A DNA stretch of 64,000 nt, taken from an uncultured virus (IMG/VR IMGVR_UViG_3300033148_004385). Taxonomy: Duplodnaviria; Heunggongvirae; Uroviricota; Caudoviricetes. The translations under genes were made by a program, and so were the position numbers. Location of the stretch: the IMG/VR virus record IMGVR_UViG_3300033148_004385, positions 1-64,000 of that record. The stretch is one strand, 5' to 3'. The notes below the pieces were generated by a model. That model saw nothing but the letters and a program-made list of their open reading frames with translations, had not been told where the DNA came from and did no database searches. Positions 58,945 through 64,000 of the stretch are shown here, in pieces (the stretch's first letter is position 1; every line of letters starts with the position of its first letter).

Positions 58945-60058
58945 TTATTTCCCCATTTTTATATTCTTTTTTATATTCTACTTCCCCATATCTCCAAGTA
59001 CTTTGAATACCATCTTTTCTATCATTCACATAATCTACTTCGGATTCTTTTTTACCATCTTCATACCAAGTTTCAAATTTACCATGTTTATCACCATTTT
59101 TATAATTTAATTCACATTCTTTATTACCATTTTCATACCATTCTGTATATTTACCATCCAAACAACCTTTCACATAGTTTCGTTCATATTTTTTATTACC
59201 ATTTCTATGCCACACAGTATATTTACCTTCGTATCCATCGTGACCACGAAAACCCTTACACTCAATTTTACCATTTAAATAATACCAACTTAAAGAACCA
59301 AATCTTTTACCAAAATTATAATTTACTTCAGATTCTTTTTCACCATTATCATACCACTTTGTTTGTTTACCATCCTTATCACCATCTTTATAATTATATT
59401 CTAACTCTTTTTTACCATTACTATACCAAATTATTGTTGTACCATGTTCTTTTCCATTCACATAATTCCCATCACGTCTTTTATTTCCATTTCCCCACCA
59501 TTCAATATATTTCCCATTTTCTTTACCATTTTTATAATGTATTTCATATTCTTTACGACCACTATCATACCATTTTATTTCTAAGCCATGTATTAAACCA
59601 TCTTTATGGTAAAGTTCATTTTTTATGTGTCCACTCTCATACCACCATGTTTCTTTACCATTTAATTCACCATCAATATAATTTTTTTCTACGTTTTTTT
59701 TACCATTTTCATACCAATAAATTTCTTTACCGTGTTTCATTCCATTCTTAAAATTAAGTTCAACCATTTTTTGACCACGACCATAATATTGTGTATATTT
59801 ACCATGTTTCAAACCATCCTTGTAATATACCTCCATTTTTATTACATCACCAGGATATTCATGATATTCAATAAGTACACCAGTAAATGGTTTGGGTTCT
59901 AAACTATACATTATATCATCAATTTGAATTGGTTTTTTTTTAGTTTTATATTCGTTAATGTGTATAATATTATTGCATCCATTTTTTTTATATTCATTTG
60001 TTGGTGTTATTGCATGTGTTAAACCATTAATTTCTATAATTTTATTTGTAATTTTCAT
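58931..60058 (-). CDS. MORN-variant repeat protein 16
   Basis: 375 aa of MORN_2 repeats. Confidence 0.9.
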   Translation of the reverse strand: MKITNKIIEINGLTHAITPTNEYKKNGCNNIIHINEYKTKKKPIQIDDIMYSLEPKPFTGVLIEYHEYPGDVIKMEVYYKDGLKHGKYTQYYGRGQKMVELNFKNGMKHGKEIYWYENGKKNVEKNYIDGELNGKETWWYESGHIKNELYHKDGLIHGLEIKWYDSGRKEYEIHYKNGKENGKYIEWWGNGNKRRDGNYVNGKEHGTTIIWYSNGKKELEYNYKDGDKDGKQTKWYDNGEKESEVNYNFGKRFGSLSWYYLNGKIECKGFRGHDGYEGKYTVWHRNGNKKYERNYVKGCLDGKYTEWYENGNKECELNYKNGDKHGKFETWYEDGKKESEVDYVNDRKDGIQSTWRYGEVEYKKEYKNGEIIGDD

Positions 60059-60068
60059 AGTCTCTACC

Positions 60069-60974
60069 CTATTTTATATAGCCATATTCATATGTTCCTT
60101 TCTCACAAATAGAACCATCTTGATTATAAATTGTATATTCTCCGTTTTCTAAACCTTTTTCATAATACCGTTCATTTTTTTTATCACCATTTTCATACCA
60201 TTTTGTTTGTTTACCATGTTTATTTCCATCTACATAATCTACTTCACTTTTTTTATTTCCGTTTTCATCCCAAATACTCTCTAAACCATTTGATTTGCCA
60301 TCAACAAAATTTCTTTCCCAATGTTTTACACCATTTTCATGCCACCTCTTTTCTTTACCGTTTAATTTACCATTTTCGTAAACCTCTTCACTCATTTTCT
60401 TTTTAAGCGAATACGAAAACCAAACAATCTTTTTCCCGTGTCTCTGACCATTTTTATAATTAGTTGTTATATGTTGTGTACCATCAGGTGAAACATCAAT
60501 CATAATACCATGTATTTGACCATTTTCATAGTTTATTACAGTACTTTCGCCACCACTTGGGTAATAAGAAATGCTCTTACCATGTTCTTTCCCATCTACA
60601 TAATCTATATCATGGCTTTTACTTCCATTTTTCCACCATAAAATATGTTTACCATTTAATACACCATTATCAAAATCACTTTCAGATTGTTTATTACCAT
60701 TTTCATACCATTTAGTTTGTTTACCATTTTCTTTACCATTTGTATAATTTAATTCAATTTTCTTTTGTCCATTTTTATGCCATTCTGTGTGTTTGCCATT
60801 TAAAACACCATCTTTATAATTAGTATTATATTTCATAGAACCATCTTTACGGTATTCAATTTCAACCCCATCTAACACACCATCTTTATAATTACTTCGT
60901 TTTTTTACATTACCATTTTTTTTATATGTTTCTATTAATTCACCATTTACTGGAACACCATTTAATTTAATCAT
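60069..60974 (-). CDS. MORN-variant repeat protein 17
   Basis: MORN_2 repeats. Confidence 0.9.
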   Translation of the reverse strand: MIKLNGVPVNGELIETYKKNGNVKKRSNYKDGVLDGVEIEYRKDGSMKYNTNYKDGVLNGKHTEWHKNGQKKIELNYTNGKENGKQTKWYENGNKQSESDFDNGVLNGKHILWWKNGSKSHDIDYVDGKEHGKSISYYPSGGESTVINYENGQIHGIMIDVSPDGTQHITTNYKNGQRHGKKIVWFSYSLKKKMSEEVYENGKLNGKEKRWHENGVKHWERNFVDGKSNGLESIWDENGNKKSEVDYVDGNKHGKQTKWYENGDKKNERYYEKGLENGEYTIYNQDGSICEKGTYEYGYIK

Positions 60975-61843
60975 TATTTTACCCACCACTTTATATCGCC
61001 ATCTCTTTTACCATCTTTATAATTTTCTTCACAAGCTTTTTTTCCACTATCATGCCACCAAATTTCTTTACCATTTTTTTTACCATCTTTATGATTTGTA
61101 TTTGATTCGATTTTACCATTAGGATGCCAAGTAAAACCGAAACCCTGCATATCACCATCTTCATATTCTGATTCTAATTGCTTATTACCATTAGGATAAA
61201 ACCTAGTAAATGTACCATGTAATTGACCGTTTTTATACATCTTATAGCTTTTTTTCTCACCACCCTGATACCAAGACATAGAAACACCATCTTGTACACC
61301 ATCCTTAACATTTATTTCCATTGATTTAATACCATTTTCATACCAGATAGTTTCTTTACCATTTATTTTATTATCTATATAAGTTAATTCCCTTTCTTTA
61401 TTTCCATTTTCATGATATTTAATTTGTTTTCCATGCAGAATGTGACATTTTTTATAATTATATTCACTTTGGATATTGCCATTTTCATACCAGATTGTTT
61501 CTAATCCATCCATAACATCATTTAGATAATTTGTTTCCTTTCTTTTTTTACCATTACTATACCATATTGTATATAACCCATTTTTTTTACCATTCTCATA
61601 ACTTACTTCTATCCATTTCTTTCCATTTTCATTCCACCATGTTTCTTTACCATGTTCTTTCCCATCTTTGTAATCAACTACATTGTATATCTCACCTTCA
61701 TCATTATAATTGGTAATTTTCCCATGTAGCTTTCCATCCTTAATAAAACCTTTAATTTTATTATTTTTAATTTCACCTGTATAGGGTTTAATCATAACTT
61801 GACGATAAACCCCACCAACAAAACACACTTTCATTTCATCCAT
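60974..61843 (-). CDS. MORN-variant repeat protein 18
   Basis: MORN_2 repeats. Confidence 0.9.
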   Translation of the reverse strand: MDEMKVCFVGGVYRQVMIKPYTGEIKNNKIKGFIKDGKLHGKITNYNDEGEIYNVVDYKDGKEHGKETWWNENGKKWIEVSYENGKKNGLYTIWYSNGKKRKETNYLNDVMDGLETIWYENGNIQSEYNYKKCHILHGKQIKYHENGNKERELTYIDNKINGKETIWYENGIKSMEINVKDGVQDGVSMSWYQGGEKKSYKMYKNGQLHGTFTRFYPNGNKQLESEYEDGDMQGFGFTWHPNGKIESNTNHKDGKKNGKEIWWHDSGKKACEENYKDGKRDGDIKWWVK

Positions 61844-61846
61844 ATT

Positions 61847-62299
61847 TTACCCCTGTTTTAATATTAATATAAAAAAATTATTTTCTTTTAGGAATTCAGA
61901 ATATTCACTCAAATTATAAATACCATTTCTATAACGCATTTCATTAAGTAATTCTTTATTAGCTAAATAATTGTTATATGCATCATTCAAATACGTTTTA
62001 AAATCATCCAAAATCCCTACCTCATTGTGACCAAAAACTACTAAATCATAACCATCAATCTCACCAAACAATTCACCAGTTTCATACCCTGATATTTTAA
62101 GTTCTAATTTATTTTTTAATTTTATATTAGAAATTGAGTCTATATATAATATTGTTTCTTGTGGTTTGGCAAGACAACCCCTAGAATTTAAATTCGCTTC
62201 CATTGCTAAAATTAATTTATGAATAGAATAAAAAACAACTGCTAATGGTAATGATAATAAACCCCAAACCACAAGGCTTTCCAATTGAGATTGAGTCAT
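61847..62299 (-). CDS. Single-pass membrane hypothetical protein
   Basis: N-terminal TM helix; start overlaps the upstream TGA. Confidence 0.65.
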   Translation of the reverse strand: MTQSQLESLVVWGLLSLPLAVVFYSIHKLILAMEANLNSRGCLAKPQETILYIDSISNIKLKNKLELKISGYETGELFGEIDGYDLVVFGHNEVGILDDFKTYLNDAYNNYLANKELLNEMRYRNGIYNLSEYSEFLKENNFFILILKQG

Positions 62300-63073
62300 A
62301 TTTTTTCACCCTTAATATATTCACTAATATTTTTTATTTCACCATTTTCATGCCATTCTGTATATTTACCATGAAGTATACACTTCTTAAAATTCCGTTC
62401 AAATCTTTTATTTCCATTCTCATACCAAGCAATTTGAATACCATCTTCTACATCATTCACATAATTTGTTTCAGATTGTTTATTTCCATTCTTATACCAA
62501 TAAGTATGAACACCATACCTATTACCATTTTCATACTGCAATTCACATTTTATCTTGCCATCATAATACCATCTTATTTCTTTACCATTTTTTTTACCAG
62601 CTTCATAGTTTATTTCATTTTCTTTATTTCCATTCTCATACCAAAGAAAAGATTTCCCAATCGGCTTGGCGTTTTCGTAAATTGATTCAAAACTTTTCTT
62701 ACCATTTTCATGCCATTCAGAGTGTTTACCATGTCTTTTACCATGCTTATAAAATATTTCAGTTTGTTTATTGCCATTATGATACCACCAAGTTTGTATA
62801 CCATGGCTTTCCCCATTCTCGTTATTTAATTCATATAGTTTACTACCATATTCGTTCCATTCAATTTCAACCCCATGTAGTAACCCATCTTTATAAGTTT
62901 CTTCTGATGCTTTATCACCATTTTTATGCCAAAAAAACTCTTTACCATCTTTTTTTCCATCTTTATAGTTTATTTCCCATTCTTTTCTCCCATTCTTATT
63001 GTAATAAACCTCTTTACCATTTTTTTTTTTCGGCTAAATAACCACCTTCTGGTATTAAATTGTTTTTACACAT
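62296..63073 (-). pseudogene. MORN-variant repeat gene 19, frameshifted in an A11 tract
   Basis: AAGGAG RBS, ATG 63073; T11 run at 63020-63030; removing one base gives an uninterrupted 258-aa MORN ORF. Confidence 0.85.
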
Positions 63074-63121
63074 AGATTTCTCCTTTGAAAATAAATAATT
63101 GCATAATTACAACCACAATTT

Positions 63122-63150
63122 ATTATATATTTTATTTCATATTTTGTCAA
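63122..63150 (-). promoter_or_regulatory. sigma70 consensus promoter
   Basis: TTGACA-17 nt-TATAAT on the minus strand. Confidence 0.7.
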
Positions 63151-63188
63151 TTACTTTTATGATTTCATTTATTAAGAGAAAAGAAATA

Positions 63189-63983
63189 TTAAATATCCAT
63201 TTCCATAGCAATTTCAGCACTTCCCACATTAACTTTTTTTAAATGTTTATTTATTATAACCTTACGCTCATGTGTATATTTTGCAATTTGAAGACCATGT
63301 TTTTTTCCATTTTTGTAATTACAGGTGGTTTTCAATTTTTCAAATAATGACATACCATCATCGGGTATAAAATCGTAAATTTCTACCTTAAATCTGTGAA
63401 CACCAGTAACCCATTTGGTATAGAGACCCTCTATTAATCCATTATTATAAAAACATTCAATATCAAGTTCCTTATATCTATCATGCTTTTTGTATTCACC
63501 ATGTAATAGCCCCTGTTTATATGTTGTCTTAACATCTATTCTTCCGTTTTCATGCCAAGATTTATATTCACCATGTCTTTTCCCATTTTCATATCTGACA
63601 TCTGATTTCTTTTGTCCACTCACATACCAAAAGAAAGATTTTCCATGTGGTTTATTATTTTTAAATTCCTGAATGGATTTTAACTTATCATTTTCATAAC
63701 GTAATATTGACACCCCATCTTTTTTATTGTTTTTATATTCAATATTTGAAATCATTACATTATTGTCATCCCATTCAATTTGTTTACCATGTAATTTCCC
63801 ATATTTGAACATTTTCTCTGTTTTTAATAGCCCATTTTTACAATATTTCTCTTGCCGTCCATGTAATTTATTATTTTTAAAATTTTGAATTAAATTTCTT
63901 TCACCATTTTTGAAATTCCTAATAATCCTTATACCACCATCTTCATGATATAATTCATCGAAAAAAATGTTTTCTTCAATCAT
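63189..63983 (-). CDS. MORN-variant repeat protein 20
   Basis: MORN_2 repeats. Confidence 0.9.
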   Translation of the reverse strand: MIEENIFFDELYHEDGGIRIIRNFKNGERNLIQNFKNNKLHGRQEKYCKNGLLKTEKMFKYGKLHGKQIEWDDNNVMISNIEYKNNKKDGVSILRYENDKLKSIQEFKNNKPHGKSFFWYVSGQKKSDVRYENGKRHGEYKSWHENGRIDVKTTYKQGLLHGEYKKHDRYKELDIECFYNNGLIEGLYTKWVTGVHRFKVEIYDFIPDDGMSLFEKLKTTCNYKNGKKHGLQIAKYTHERKVIINKHLKKVNVGSAEIAMEMDI

Positions 63984-64000
63984 GTTTGCCCCACTAATTT

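Larger units (their letters stand above)
46622..64000 (-). repeat. Tandem array of 20 MORN-variant repeat genes
   Basis: ~24-aa unit WYENGNKK.E.NYKDGK.HG recurring in 20 co-oriented genes. Confidence 0.93.

Noticed and set aside
46660..63672. Many plus-strand and alternate-frame ORFs over the MORN array (His/Tyr/Phe-rich or Met-rich)
   Set aside because: They are antisense or frame shadows of the repetitive MORN codons, with no RBS and biased composition.
46622..64000. Giant eukaryotic virus origin because of the MORN expansion
   Set aside because: Shine-Dalgarno sites, sigma70 promoters, a promoter cassette shared with the rest of the window and T4-like core genes indicate a bacteriophage.
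46622..64000. Classical toxin-antitoxin (YwqJ/YwqK) modules
   Set aside because: No recognisable cognate toxin genes are interleaved with the MORN genes.

Overview
A very AT-rich 64 kb segment of a large T4-like tailed phage genome. About 1-37 kb is a shuffled mix of T4-type core genes (clamp loader, gp32, probable clamp, primase, baseplate gp6/gp25/gp53-like, tail tube, head completion gp4, prohead protease gp21, fibre proteins). These are interleaved with thyX, an RdgB fusion, two DNA methyltransferases, two peptidoglycan hydrolases and a non-autonomous IS607-like element with an intact TnpB. About 37-46 kb is an accessory region (DUF285 repeat protein, radical SAM, a third methyltransferase, HAD, guanylate kinase, SLOG-like). 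The outstanding feature is a co-oriented array of 20 MORN-variant (MORN_2/YwqK-like) repeat genes from 46.6 kb to the window edge. Eighteen are intact, one has a nonsense codon and one is frameshifted in an A11 tract. The array shows direct-repeat-flanked cassettes, patchy nucleotide identity between paralogs and several internal sigma70-type promoters. Other signals are a four-copy promoter plus hairpin plus RBS cassette, palindromic T4-like late promoter motifs and apparent GATC avoidance. All calls come from reading motifs by eye; no searches were run. No tRNA, rRNA or CRISPR array was seen.
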